Positions 1 to 8,980 of a stretch of 64,000 bases of DNA are shown one piece after another. The position numbers and the translations under genes were made by a program. The notes below the pieces were generated by a model. The model saw only the letters and a list, made by a program, of their open reading frames with translations. It did no database searches and had not been told where the DNA came from. Source of the stretch: a virus. The stretch lies in IMG/VR virus record IMGVR_UViG_3300005077_000003, positions 64,001-128,000 of that record; one strand, given 5' to 3'. Numbering within the stretch: the first letter of the stretch is position 1; each line of letters begins with the position of its first letter.

Positions 1-2
1 TT

Positions 3-605
3 AAAAAATACTCTGGAGTTGTAGAAGATGATGGTTCTGATAATTTAGATGTTACTACTAGAGATATTGAGCTCACTTCTATATTAACAAGTTTTGTTAC
101 TCTGTTTTCTGTTGACTCAAAATCATTATTGCTACCAATGATAATTGATGGCACTAAAAAGGCCGCAGATGACGCTTCTTGTGAAGAATATACTATAGCA
201 AACAAACTTATTGATAGATTTATAAAAAATAATGTTACTAAATCACTAAATAAATTTATATCATCTGTAAAAGATGAAATACTATCCAACGATAGTATAG
301 CTGGTATTCAAAACAAGGTTCACCCACAAACTGCGTTGGCGTCTATAGTAGACAATAGAATTGCCGATCTAGTTTTATTATCTTCTAAACACATAAATAT
401 GGCGTTTAGATTTGGCTATGTAAAAGCAGCTCGCTCATATGGATATGACTCTGTAATACTCTCACCCATAGAAGAAGGCGCATGCGATGCCTGTATTGAA
501 GCTGGAGATAAGGCTATTTCACTAACACAGAAAGATATACCATACAATATATTGCTTGATACTCATAGCACATGTAAATATGAAATATTTTTCAACGAAG
601 AATAA
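3..605 (+). CDS. 5'-truncated CDS: C-terminal part of a probable portal or MuF-like head morphogenesis protein
   Basis: The frame of the 129..605 ORF is open back to base 3 (KKYSGVVEDDG...), so the gene starts outside the window. The C-terminus has C-x2-C...H-x2-C (ACDAC...DTHSTCKY), resembling the MuF-like CxxC...HPxCxC motif. It lies directly upstream of the protease and capsid genes. Confidence 0.45.
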   Translation, partial: KKYSGVVEDDGSDNLDVTTRDIELTSILTSFVTLFSVDSKSLLLPMIIDGTKKAADDASCEEYTIANKLIDRFIKNNVTKSLNKFISSVKDEILSNDSIAGIQNKVHPQTALASIVDNRIADLVLLSSKHINMAFRFGYVKAARSYGYDSVILSPIEEGACDACIEAGDKAISLTQKDIPYNILLDTHSTCKYEIFFNEE

Positions 606-646
606 AATTATGCGTCGGAAATAAGTTTAGGAGATCACATAATATT

Positions 647-2221
647 ATGGAAATTATTGACACTTTCGGTATAGGGTTAGGCTGCCTAGTCGATGATGCC
701 CTAAACTTGCTTACCGACGTTAAAGATTCCAAGAATAAGCCGGTATTGCAAATTAATATAGATGCAACACATTCAGGTAGGCTTACAAATGATAGAGTAT
801 ATCCAGGGATACACGTGCGCAATGCTGCTGCCACCTGGACCAAACCTGCTCAAAAACCTGTCTTAAAGAACCATAGTTCTGATGCTGATCCAATAGGCAG
901 GGTTACCTCGTCAAAATATATCCAGTTAAAAACAGGCAAAGCATTTGACGAGGACTACCTCCGCCCTTCTACTGGTGTGGGCTCTGGCGTAATACAACTA
1001 GATATAGACATAATGGATACCGACGCTATGGAGAAATTCCTCGACGGTAGATTTATGGAGTTCTCTACTCGCCAGCAGTTTTCAAGTATGATCTGCTCAT
1101 TCTGTGGTAATGACTATGTTAAAAACTATTGTGGGCACTACCCAGGAGACGTAGTAAAAGTAGAATCAAAAAAGAAGGGCGGAGCCGACAAAGAGTACAA
1201 AGTATATGGAATAACTGGCCCATTAACCTATAGAGAGGTTTCTGTGGTAAATATTCCAGCAGACAGCTTTACTCGTATCAATGAGATGAAGGCTGCCGAA
1301 GATGCTTTAGGAGATAGTATTATACTATCTGCATATGATGATACAAATCATGATATATCTAAAATATCATTAATTAGCAGCGCTGGTACTGACTCTGTTG
1401 ATCTTTTAAGATCCGGCAACCGGCAGACAGTTACATCTAGCGACAGAAGAAAACTAACCAACAAATCAATTTTCTGCGTTGCCGGTCCAGATTTCCAGCA
1501 ATTTATAGAAGATACAGATATGAATAAAGCTAAACTAGAAGATCCTCTTAAAGAAGAGGAAAAAGAGAACACTACCGTTATCGAAGACCAGACTGATAGC
1601 GATAGCGAGTCAAGTCAAGAAGGTCAAGAAACTGAAGGCGATCAGGAAGGTGTCGTAGCCCCTGACGGCGAAGGGACTGACGAAAATGATGAGACTATCC
1701 AAGACGTTTCTGATGAAGAAGTAAGAGAAGCTTCAATGAAGGCTCTTACTATTTCAAATAAGAAACTTGAACGCGATGTTAAAGAACTGCGTTCAGAGAT
1801 AGAGAGATTGAAGGGTGACAATACTCATAAAGATGAGGAAATTGATCGCCTACGCACTAGTGCATCTGAGTTCCAAAGTAAGCTAAAGCAAATAACTGCA
1901 AAGCAGCTATTGGATACTAAAATTATGTTAGGAAAACCTGATGTTTCTGATGTATCAGACAAAGAAACATACCAAGAGAAACTATCAGAACTAACAAAAA
2001 GATCTCTTGATTCTCTTAATGACGCCCTTACTGATATTTCTATTGAACTTTCAAATATGAAAAAAGATAAGGGCCTAATTGATTTTACTGAAAAGCCTAT
2101 TGAAAATCCAACTGTTAATGGTACACCAAATACAGAGAAGATAATCAACACCGACAGTAAAAGCGAGAATAAGAAGGTTAAACCTACTCGTAGTCAAATA
2201 ATAGATGCACAATTAAATTAG
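647..2221 (+). CDS. Prohead maturation protease fused to an acidic/coiled-coil scaffold domain
   Basis: HK97/assemblin-type protease motifs: KPVLKNH (His), DPIGRV, EFS (Ser), YREVSVVNIPAD. These are followed by a very acidic linker (DSDSESSQEGQETEGDQEG) and a heptad-rich C-terminus. AGGAG lies at 629-633 and the gene precedes the capsid genes. Confidence 0.8.
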   Translation: MEIIDTFGIGLGCLVDDALNLLTDVKDSKNKPVLQINIDATHSGRLTNDRVYPGIHVRNAAATWTKPAQKPVLKNHSSDADPIGRVTSSKYIQLKTGKAFDEDYLRPSTGVGSGVIQLDIDIMDTDAMEKFLDGRFMEFSTRQQFSSMICSFCGNDYVKNYCGHYPGDVVKVESKKKGGADKEYKVYGITGPLTYREVSVVNIPADSFTRINEMKAAEDALGDSIILSAYDDTNHDISKISLISSAGTDSVDLLRSGNRQTVTSSDRRKLTNKSIFCVAGPDFQQFIEDTDMNKAKLEDPLKEEEKENTTVIEDQTDSDSESSQEGQETEGDQEGVVAPDGEGTDENDETIQDVSDEEVREASMKALTISNKKLERDVKELRSEIERLKGDNTHKDEEIDRLRTSASEFQSKLKQITAKQLLDTKIMLGKPDVSDVSDKETYQEKLSELTKRSLDSLNDALTDISIELSNMKKDKGLIDFTEKPIENPTVNGTPNTEKIINTDSKSENKKVKPTRSQIIDAQLN

Positions 2222-2265
2222 TCTTATTGTAATTAATTTGGAGCTGAAACACAAGGAGTCAAACA

Positions 2266-3120
2266 ATGGCTTATAGAATTCCGAGGGGGTACGCAGTAAA
2301 TCGCCCCCCATATCAGGAAATCTCCGAGGGTATCAGACCATCAGCTAGCGCAGTCCCAATGGGGGCCTGGACAGGGCTTCCTCCAGTCCGTATAGACGAT
2401 ATTACTCATGATCCGATAGTAATAGACGCCGGAACGGTTGTTGGTATAGCCACAGGCGGCTTTGCCGTAGGAAAGCTATTCCCAGCACACCAATTAACTG
2501 GTGCTACTACTATTACTCTTGAGCACCACTCTGATGGTGCTACATGGGGTCTTCCTGCTACTGATGCTGCTTTTACTAGTAACGTGCTTACTGGAGGTCC
2601 TGTACTTCCTCTTGGAGTTGTTTTCCAACCCATATACTCATTTATTCTTCAGGCAAACTTTACCAACTATACCAGAAACGTAAACGTTGGTATTGTTACT
2701 GATTATATGATACAAGTACCTGCAAAATGTGCTGCAGAAAAGAACATTAGAGCAGGACAGATGGTAATGGTGCACTCAACTGCACAAAACTATGGTGTTA
2801 TTGCTGCTGGCACAGCCAGCATGGGTGGATTCCAAGCATGGGATGGTACTGCAGGTACACTAAACTTCGTTGTTGGCAGATGCTTCTCAAACCTGCACTT
2901 CGCTACAGGTACTGCAACCAACACCATACTCTCTGATGATACTGCAGCTGCACTAACTACTAGTGGTGCTGCTGAGTATAAAGACCTAGCTAGGGTCAAT
3001 ACTGTACCAGGCCTAGGCCTCGCAGGCTCAGGCACTGGTGGTGTACCTTCATGGCTTATGAAAGCACAAAGTGATGCCAGTGGCTATTACTATGCTTTAA
3101 CTATTCTTATTAGGCTCTAA
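2266..3120 (+). CDS. Head decoration / minor capsid structural protein
   Basis: Ala/Gly/Thr-rich 284-aa protein between protease and major capsid protein, with a strong SD (AAGGAG 2253-2258). The call rests mainly on position. Confidence 0.6.
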   Translation: MAYRIPRGYAVNRPPYQEISEGIRPSASAVPMGAWTGLPPVRIDDITHDPIVIDAGTVVGIATGGFAVGKLFPAHQLTGATTITLEHHSDGATWGLPATDAAFTSNVLTGGPVLPLGVVFQPIYSFILQANFTNYTRNVNVGIVTDYMIQVPAKCAAEKNIRAGQMVMVHSTAQNYGVIAAGTASMGGFQAWDGTAGTLNFVVGRCFSNLHFATGTATNTILSDDTAAALTTSGAAEYKDLARVNTVPGLGLAGSGTGGVPSWLMKAQSDASGYYYALTILIRL

Positions 3121-3121
3121 G

Positions 3122-3134
3122 GGAGGTAACTGAT
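3122..3134 (+). promoter_or_regulatory. Strong Shine-Dalgarno of the major capsid gene within a GGAG(G/C)TAACTGAT element
   Basis: GGAGGTAACTGAT directly before ATG 3135; near-identical GGAGCTAACTGAT at 5363-5375. Confidence 0.6.
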
Positions 3135-4547
3135 ATGGCTAAAAAAATAAATTTAGATACACAAGATATCGACCTTACTTGCTTTGATGAGAATCAACAG
3201 AAAGTAGTTCTGCAATTAGCACAAAAAATTGCAGATCAAGTAACCGAGGTTAACGACGATAGCCAAGAATATCTTGATATGCCTGTTGAGCATCAAGCAT
3301 TAATTGCTAAAGATGCCCGCAAAGCTAAGAAGATGACTGAGCTATGGAAATCAGGCGGCTATATTCCAGGTCTTCGTGACAGAGTAACTTTCAAAGAGTT
3401 TGCTGGTCACTCACAGAAATGGGATGAGCAATTCCAGCGCGAAGCTGCAGATGCTGGTTTTACTAGTACTGATCATCCAATCCTCATTGCTCGTACTATC
3501 TCCGAAGTAGTAAAAGAAGCTGTTGAACCAAATATAACACTTACCCCACTGCTTCAGCGCATTAACTACTCTCACGGTACAACCCTAACTTTCCCCGCTA
3601 TGGGCGCTTTCCCAGCAGCTGATATCGCGGAAGGTATGGAATACCCAGAGAGATCTATCGACTTCGCAGGGCAAACCGTAGCGACTATTGGGAAGAGCGG
3701 TGTCGCAGTCAAGATGACTGAGGAAATGATCCGCTACTCTCAATATGATGTTATGAGTATGAACCTTCGCGCAGCTGGTAGAGCACTTATCCGCTGGAAA
3801 GAAAGCAAGGTTGCAAGTATGATTACAACCAATGCGGGTGGAAGTAATACTATATTTGATAACACATCTGCTATTTATCCTTCAACTACTGGTCGTGATG
3901 CAGGAGGTACCTACAATGGCACCTTAACGCTAGATGACCTGTTTAAGGCATATGCTGAAATGATCAATAGGGGCTACAACCCCAATACTTTGATCATGAA
4001 CCCATTTGGATGGCAGATCTTTGCTGATGAAGCAATAGCTCGCGCATTTGGTTTCATTAACGGCCTTGCTATGTGGCAGCAGCTACAAGGCTCTCCAGCT
4101 CAAGTAGGCGCCTTTAGTGGTCCTTCACCACTACTTTCACAAAGTCAGCCAACTAGCCCACAGAACCTTGCTACTACATTCACCAACGTACCAACCCAAT
4201 TCCCAGTTGCATTTAATATCATAGTTAGCCCATTTGTGGACTATAACGCCACTAACGGCACTACTGATCTAATTCTTTGCGACAGAAATGAACTTGGTAT
4301 TATAGTAGTTGATGAGGAAGTTACTACAGACGAGTTCAAGGACCCAGCACGCGATATTTACAAAGTAAAACTCCGCGAGCGTTATGGTCTGGCTTCTCTA
4401 AACAACGGTTCTGGTACTGGTCTAATTAAGGCCGTCCACCTGAAGCGCGGTTTTGACTTCAGCCGTAGTCTACAGGCTACTATAGCTTCTACAGGACTTG
4501 GTTCACCACTGACTGGTGATGAAACTAACTATTCAGTAATTTCTTAG
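3135..4547 (+). CDS. Major capsid protein (HK97 fold)
   Basis: Typical motifs: ISEVVKEAVEP...LLQRINY, AADIAEGMEYPE, IGKSGVAVKMTEEMIRYSQYDVM...AAGRALIRWKE, P(N)TLIMNP, KVKLRERYG. Strong SD GGAGGT at 3122-3127. Confidence 0.92.
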   Translation: MAKKINLDTQDIDLTCFDENQQKVVLQLAQKIADQVTEVNDDSQEYLDMPVEHQALIAKDARKAKKMTELWKSGGYIPGLRDRVTFKEFAGHSQKWDEQFQREAADAGFTSTDHPILIARTISEVVKEAVEPNITLTPLLQRINYSHGTTLTFPAMGAFPAADIAEGMEYPERSIDFAGQTVATIGKSGVAVKMTEEMIRYSQYDVMSMNLRAAGRALIRWKESKVASMITTNAGGSNTIFDNTSAIYPSTTGRDAGGTYNGTLTLDDLFKAYAEMINRGYNPNTLIMNPFGWQIFADEAIARAFGFINGLAMWQQLQGSPAQVGAFSGPSPLLSQSQPTSPQNLATTFTNVPTQFPVAFNIIVSPFVDYNATNGTTDLILCDRNELGIIVVDEEVTTDEFKDPARDIYKVKLRERYGLASLNNGSGTGLIKAVHLKRGFDFSRSLQATIASTGLGSPLTGDETNYSVIS

Positions 4548-4581
4548 TAGTTCCCCCAGCGGCAATAATAGCCGATAATAC

Positions 4582-4618
4582 AGTGGGACCTTTGGGGCGA
4601 GTCCCTGGAGGTCCCACT
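4582..4618 (+). terminator. Long GC-rich stem-loop after the capsid gene (terminator-like or RNA processing/stability hairpin)
   Basis: AGTGGGACCT (4582-4591) pairs perfectly with AGGTCCCACT (4609-4618). The stem extends inward to 16 bp with three G-U pairs and a 5-nt loop. No clear U-tract follows. Confidence 0.55.
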
Positions 4619-4653
4619 ACTAATATGTAAATAAAATAAGTTGAGATATAGTT

Positions 4654-5355
4654 ATGGCAAATGAGCAAAAAAAAGTAGTAAAAGTAACACGCAACCAATC
4701 TAATGATTCTCCTTCAAAGAAGGAGAATACTGGAGTACTTGGAGTTATGAACTCCTATAAAGGTCAATTTATTTCTTTAAATATGAAAGTTGCTCCATTC
4801 TTTGGGATAGGTACTTTAGAAGATGGGTCAAATAAAATTTGGCTGTCCGCCAATAATTGGTTTGATCAAGTACCTGATAATCTTACCGAAGAGGAAGTTG
4901 ATATGCTCACAAGAGCGATCAGGGATAAAAAGGTTATTCTTGGTAAGAGGTGGATACCAGCAATTGATAAAGATAAAGAAGTAAAGAATAAGTATATTAA
5001 GCACGTAAAATCTTTTAAGTTCTGCACTGAGGAATTTAAAGATATTGTGCGCGGGTTAGTTAGAAGAAAGAAAGAAGGTAACTATACTGCTATAGAACTA
5101 TTAAGGGCCATGATTGAAACAGAAAGGGCCGCCAATAATAGACCGGACTTTGTCAAGTATCTAGAGGATGCAATTGACCATTGTTCTGGGCCAGTATCTT
5201 TAGTAGAAGATTACCCAACAGATCCTGAAAACTTTACTGTGACAATAGATCCTTTAACAAAGCAAGTGGTAGAAAGCACTAAAAAGATTAAAGAGCCCAC
5301 CATGTCTGATGATCCAGTAACAAGATCAGCCAAAATAGAAGACGCACTAAATTAG
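4654..5355 (+). CDS. Hypothetical protein, head module
   Basis: 233-aa ORF filling the space between capsid and neck genes; no motif recognised. Confidence 0.7.
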   Translation: MANEQKKVVKVTRNQSNDSPSKKENTGVLGVMNSYKGQFISLNMKVAPFFGIGTLEDGSNKIWLSANNWFDQVPDNLTEEEVDMLTRAIRDKKVILGKRWIPAIDKDKEVKNKYIKHVKSFKFCTEEFKDIVRGLVRRKKEGNYTAIELLRAMIETERAANNRPDFVKYLEDAIDHCSGPVSLVEDYPTDPENFTVTIDPLTKQVVESTKKIKEPTMSDDPVTRSAKIEDALN

Positions 5356-5373
5356 TGAATACGGAGCTAACTG

Positions 5374-6708
5374 ATGGCAATACCAGTATTAAGTTCATCT
5401 ACGCCCGCAGAAGGCGCCACAGATGTATATATAAATATACCACTGGATATTACATTTACTGATGATATACTTGAGTCATCAGTTAGTTCAACATCTGTAT
5501 TACTAGAAGATGTTGGCGCAAATGATCTTGTTCCGATAAGTGTTGAGCTAATAGAATCAAATAAAATTCGCATTAGTCCAATAGGGTCTCTTCCAGAAGA
5601 TACTCTATGGAAAATAAGTTTTCCAGGCACTGATATAGCAATAAGCGCAAGCTATGTAATTCAGGGGCTCGCCGGTACTTCGGAAGCCCTTGAAGATACT
5701 ATAACAATAACTTTTAGAACAGGATCTAGAACATACATAGATGATACTTCTATAGATAAAGATGCAGCAGATTTATCTTTAGAAGGAGATCTAAATCTAC
5801 CTATCCACGTAAAGGCTTTAGGAGATTTGGCATTAGATTATGTTGTACCAAAAAATAACTCATACGATGTAGCAGTAGATACAACAATAGTATTTACATT
5901 TAACCAGGTACTTTCAACTGGTGACTTTACACAAAACTGGTTAAATGTTGATATATATCCAATGCTTGATTCTACGGCCTACCTTGCATCTGGAGATACC
6001 CTTGGTAGCGGAAGTATACCAGACTATGGGGTTACTCATAGTGACAAAACATTGACGGTAACATTTTCTGGATATCTACCACAAAATGCTGGTATTGAAA
6101 TAACACTAGATGATAGCATAACTGATGTTGATGGTTCTGAGTATGGGCCAAATAATTATAAATATTCAATAACTACTGATAGATATCCAAGTGTGTCTGG
6201 TATACATGTAATACACAGAGAATTAAAAGCTATTTCCGATGAACTTACTAATGACTATATAGCTGCGACATTATTATCAAGCACTATAAGATATCTAAAT
6301 AGCTTTAGAAATCCAGATATAGATTCACATTTAGCACTTAGGTGGATAACAGCTAGGTCAGTAGTAGATATCCTAGATGATAAAGAATTAGAAAAAGCAG
6401 TAGTAGCTGGCACAAGAAGGCAGCTTGGCGATATGAGTGTATCAGTAGATCCAATAATAGGTCTGCTAGCACTGAAACATAAGCGCGCCCTTGATGAATT
6501 AGATAATATATCTAAAACAATATGCAAAGTTACTGCGGTTAATTATTCATTAGAAGCACAGGTTGGTATATCCAGAACGCCTAGACTTTGGTTTGGAGTA
6601 AACCAGAAGCTTATTGAAGCTAGATTCGTCTATTGGCAGCCAGATATACCAGCCTCTAATATAGCACTAAACCGTGGCGCTAAAGTGCCACCATCATATT
6701 ATTTTTAA
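5374..6708 (+). CDS. Ig-like (Big_5-type) domains fused to a probable head-tail adaptor domain
   Basis: Two Ig-like starts (VLSSSTPAEGATDVYINIPLDITFTDDI and LDYVVPKNNSYDVAVDTTIVFTFNQVL). The helical C-terminal domain has AGTRRQLGDMSVS, an adaptor-like K/R-x-LGD-x-SV motif. Position fits the neck module. Confidence 0.6.
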   Translation: MAIPVLSSSTPAEGATDVYINIPLDITFTDDILESSVSSTSVLLEDVGANDLVPISVELIESNKIRISPIGSLPEDTLWKISFPGTDIAISASYVIQGLAGTSEALEDTITITFRTGSRTYIDDTSIDKDAADLSLEGDLNLPIHVKALGDLALDYVVPKNNSYDVAVDTTIVFTFNQVLSTGDFTQNWLNVDIYPMLDSTAYLASGDTLGSGSIPDYGVTHSDKTLTVTFSGYLPQNAGIEITLDDSITDVDGSEYGPNNYKYSITTDRYPSVSGIHVIHRELKAISDELTNDYIAATLLSSTIRYLNSFRNPDIDSHLALRWITARSVVDILDDKELEKAVVAGTRRQLGDMSVSVDPIIGLLALKHKRALDELDNISKTICKVTAVNYSLEAQVGISRTPRLWFGVNQKLIEARFVYWQPDIPASNIALNRGAKVPPSYYF

Positions 6709-6710
6709 TC

Positions 6711-6884
6711 ATGGCAAAACCACATAAATCAGTAGATAATCCAAAACTAACCAAGATAGCCAAGCAAGCTGCAGAAGAACTTCTAGCAAAGGGGTCTAAT
6801 ATTAGTGGCAAAGTATCTACTACTTATAAGCCACCAATAAAGAACCCAAAAGCAAATAAACTAGTTCATGGTACTGACCTGTAG
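6711..6884 (+). CDS. Small basic protein (57 aa), not in the supplied ORF track
   Basis: ATG 6711 to TAG 6884 gives MAKPHKSVDNPKLTKIAKQAAEELLAKGSNISGKVSTTYKPPIKNPKANKLVHGTDL. It exactly fills the gap between neighbouring genes. Confidence 0.7.
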   Translation: MAKPHKSVDNPKLTKIAKQAAEELLAKGSNISGKVSTTYKPPIKNPKANKLVHGTDL

Positions 6885-6887
6885 TAA

Positions 6888-7358
6888 ATGAGAAAAATTG
6901 AATTCATAGACCTTAGGGGTGAAGTAGATTTTATACAAAAGAGATACTCATTCTACTGGGTAGCTCTCAGGTCTATGTATTTAAATACTAAGTGCCCATG
7001 TTTTGATGGAATTCCAAACAAGAAGTGCTCTAAATGTATGGGTACTGGTTATCTATATGTAGATAAATTAGTTAAGGCACAAAATGCTAGAACCACTCCT
7101 GGATTAGATTTTAGTACTCAAATAGGGAAAATAAATACACAAACTATTACCTGGATAATTCAGCACGACAAGAGACCTAAAACTACTGATTGGATATTAG
7201 AACTAGATTTAGATGAATCTACGAGAATACCAAGACAGCCGTTTGTGGTAAAAAGATCGTTTGCCATACAGGATGCTTGGCCTTATAGAGGCAAAAATGG
7301 CGAAATAATATACTGGTATTGTCTCTCTGAAGAGCGAAACTTTGTGTCTATTAATTAA
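6888..7358 (+). CDS. Probable neck / head-closure protein with Cys4 Zn motif (paralog 1)
   Basis: CPC...KKCSKCMGTGY motif; clear full-length similarity to the next ORF; located between adaptor and tail terminator. Confidence 0.55.
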   Translation: MRKIEFIDLRGEVDFIQKRYSFYWVALRSMYLNTKCPCFDGIPNKKCSKCMGTGYLYVDKLVKAQNARTTPGLDFSTQIGKINTQTITWIIQHDKRPKTTDWILELDLDESTRIPRQPFVVKRSFAIQDAWPYRGKNGEIIYWYCLSEERNFVSIN

Positions 7359-7359
7359 G

Positions 7360-7866
7360 ATGACTGATTTTTTTAGAGAGCGCCTAGATATAAGAAAAGA
7401 GCTGCGTGTTCTTGTAGAGACATCTGGATTCAGATGGGTAGCATTAAGGTCCGCACAGCTTGATCAGGCGTGCACAAGGTGCATAAATAAGATATCACCT
7501 CAATATGACAGCCCTACAGGAGTATGTCTCAAGTGCCTAAATACCGGCCACCTATTTGCAGATAAGCTCGTAAAAGCCTATAGCTATTTACCAGCAGCTG
7601 GTAGAGACTTTCTATCAGATATAGGGATAATAAACACTGAAACAGTAGTATATATATTTGAACACGGCTCAAAGCCCAAAACTGGTGATATAGTATGTGA
7701 ATTAGACCTAAATGAAGCTACGGGTACTCCAAGGCAACCATTTTCTATAAGGCGGATGTTCACTATACAAGACTCAAAAGAAATGCGCGGAGATGATGGT
7801 AGAATAGAATTCTATAAAACATATTGTGAAGAACTTAATTTAGACAAGGGTCAAAGCATACTATAA
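7360..7866 (+). CDS. Probable neck / head-closure protein with Cys4 Zn motif (paralog 2)
   Basis: CTRC...CLKCLNTGH motif. Likely start is the ATG at 7360, just after the previous stop (the track starts it at 7342). Shares DKLVKA, IGxINT, PKTxD, ELDL, PRQPF, FxIQD and RGxxG with the upstream ORF. Confidence 0.55.
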   Translation: MTDFFRERLDIRKELRVLVETSGFRWVALRSAQLDQACTRCINKISPQYDSPTGVCLKCLNTGHLFADKLVKAYSYLPAAGRDFLSDIGIINTETVVYIFEHGSKPKTGDIVCELDLNEATGTPRQPFSIRRMFTIQDSKEMRGDDGRIEFYKTYCEELNLDKGQSIL

Positions 7867-7882
7867 TAGCGGAAATATAATA

Positions 7883-8968
7883 GTGAGTACTACTAATGAC
7901 AAATATGGCATGCCTGATCTAGAATCATCAGATCAGCCATTCTATATGAAACATATTGTATCATCTACAATGCCTTTAAGCGTATTCCCGCGCCTTAAGG
8001 CAGATAGGTGTGCATCTTTGTCAGACTCTATGATGATGATAGATATTCTGATAAAGAAATATGAAGCACAATATTATACCGCTACAAAAGATAAAAATTT
8101 ATTAGTACTACCAAATTTATTTCTTAAGCCCTTACAGGGCACTAAAATTAAAAACCTGAACACTGATGAGGTATATGAAATTGCTGATGTAATCAGCAAT
8201 CCCGTAACTGGTCTATGGGAGGGCCTTATCAGAATTAATTCTATTACACCACCCAATAGAGATCTGCAAGAAAAACTGCAATTCCTTACTGATGATAGAT
8301 TAGTAAGATTTTCTGCAGAATTTACGCGCTCTCTAGGTGTAGAGAATCAGACTGAAGATGAGTTATTAAAAGACGTTGGGCCAATAAGGCCAACAATAAT
8401 ATATGCGCTCATTAAAAAAGAACCAGGGTCAATAGGCAAAACGCCTTTTGGTCCTCAAAAACAAGCCAAACCTATGCACCGCGAATTTATTCGCGATCAA
8501 CACTGGGCTGGTCACTCTGTTGAGATGCTTGGTCAATGGTTTGATCTGCTTGTAGAGTTTGGGTGCTTTACAACAGACAACCGCTCTGCTGATCTGTTAG
8601 CTGATTGGTTTGAGCGATTTATGCGGCAGAATACATGGGTTCTAAAGCTAAATGGTGTACAAGAACTTATGTACTTCCAAAGACTACGTGATAGTGCTGT
8701 TACGAAGTGGAGACAAGATCTTATAAGTAGGACAGTCCAATATTACTTCAGGTTAGAGGAGATTCTGCCAACCGTCGTACGTAATATTAGAAAGCTAGAT
8801 ACAACAGTAAACCTAGCAACTGAAATTGCTGAATCAGGAAAGCGTTGGATTGCCGGTAGAGAAGTGACTGGTCCACTTACTCAAGAGGAATATAATGCTT
8901 TATTCTATGGTCCAGACGGTACAAGAATCTTTGACACTATCTTAGTAAACGATAACAATTTAACATAA
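7883..8968 (+). CDS. Tail completion / terminator-like protein
   Basis: Directly upstream of the sheath gene. C-terminal GQWFDLLVEFGCFTTDNRSADLLADWFERFM...ISRTVQYYFRLE pattern is typical of tail terminators. GTG start. Confidence 0.6.
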   Translation: MSTTNDKYGMPDLESSDQPFYMKHIVSSTMPLSVFPRLKADRCASLSDSMMMIDILIKKYEAQYYTATKDKNLLVLPNLFLKPLQGTKIKNLNTDEVYEIADVISNPVTGLWEGLIRINSITPPNRDLQEKLQFLTDDRLVRFSAEFTRSLGVENQTEDELLKDVGPIRPTIIYALIKKEPGSIGKTPFGPQKQAKPMHREFIRDQHWAGHSVEMLGQWFDLLVEFGCFTTDNRSADLLADWFERFMRQNTWVLKLNGVQELMYFQRLRDSAVTKWRQDLISRTVQYYFRLEEILPTVVRNIRKLDTTVNLATEIAESGKRWIAGREVTGPLTQEEYNALFYGPDGTRIFDTILVNDNNLT

Positions 8969-8980
8969 TGGAGGTCCTAA

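Noticed and set aside
4622-4640. TGTAAATAAAAT resembling a T4-type late promoter
   Set aside because: Imperfect single occurrence in AT-rich DNA; no matching element before other late genes in the window.
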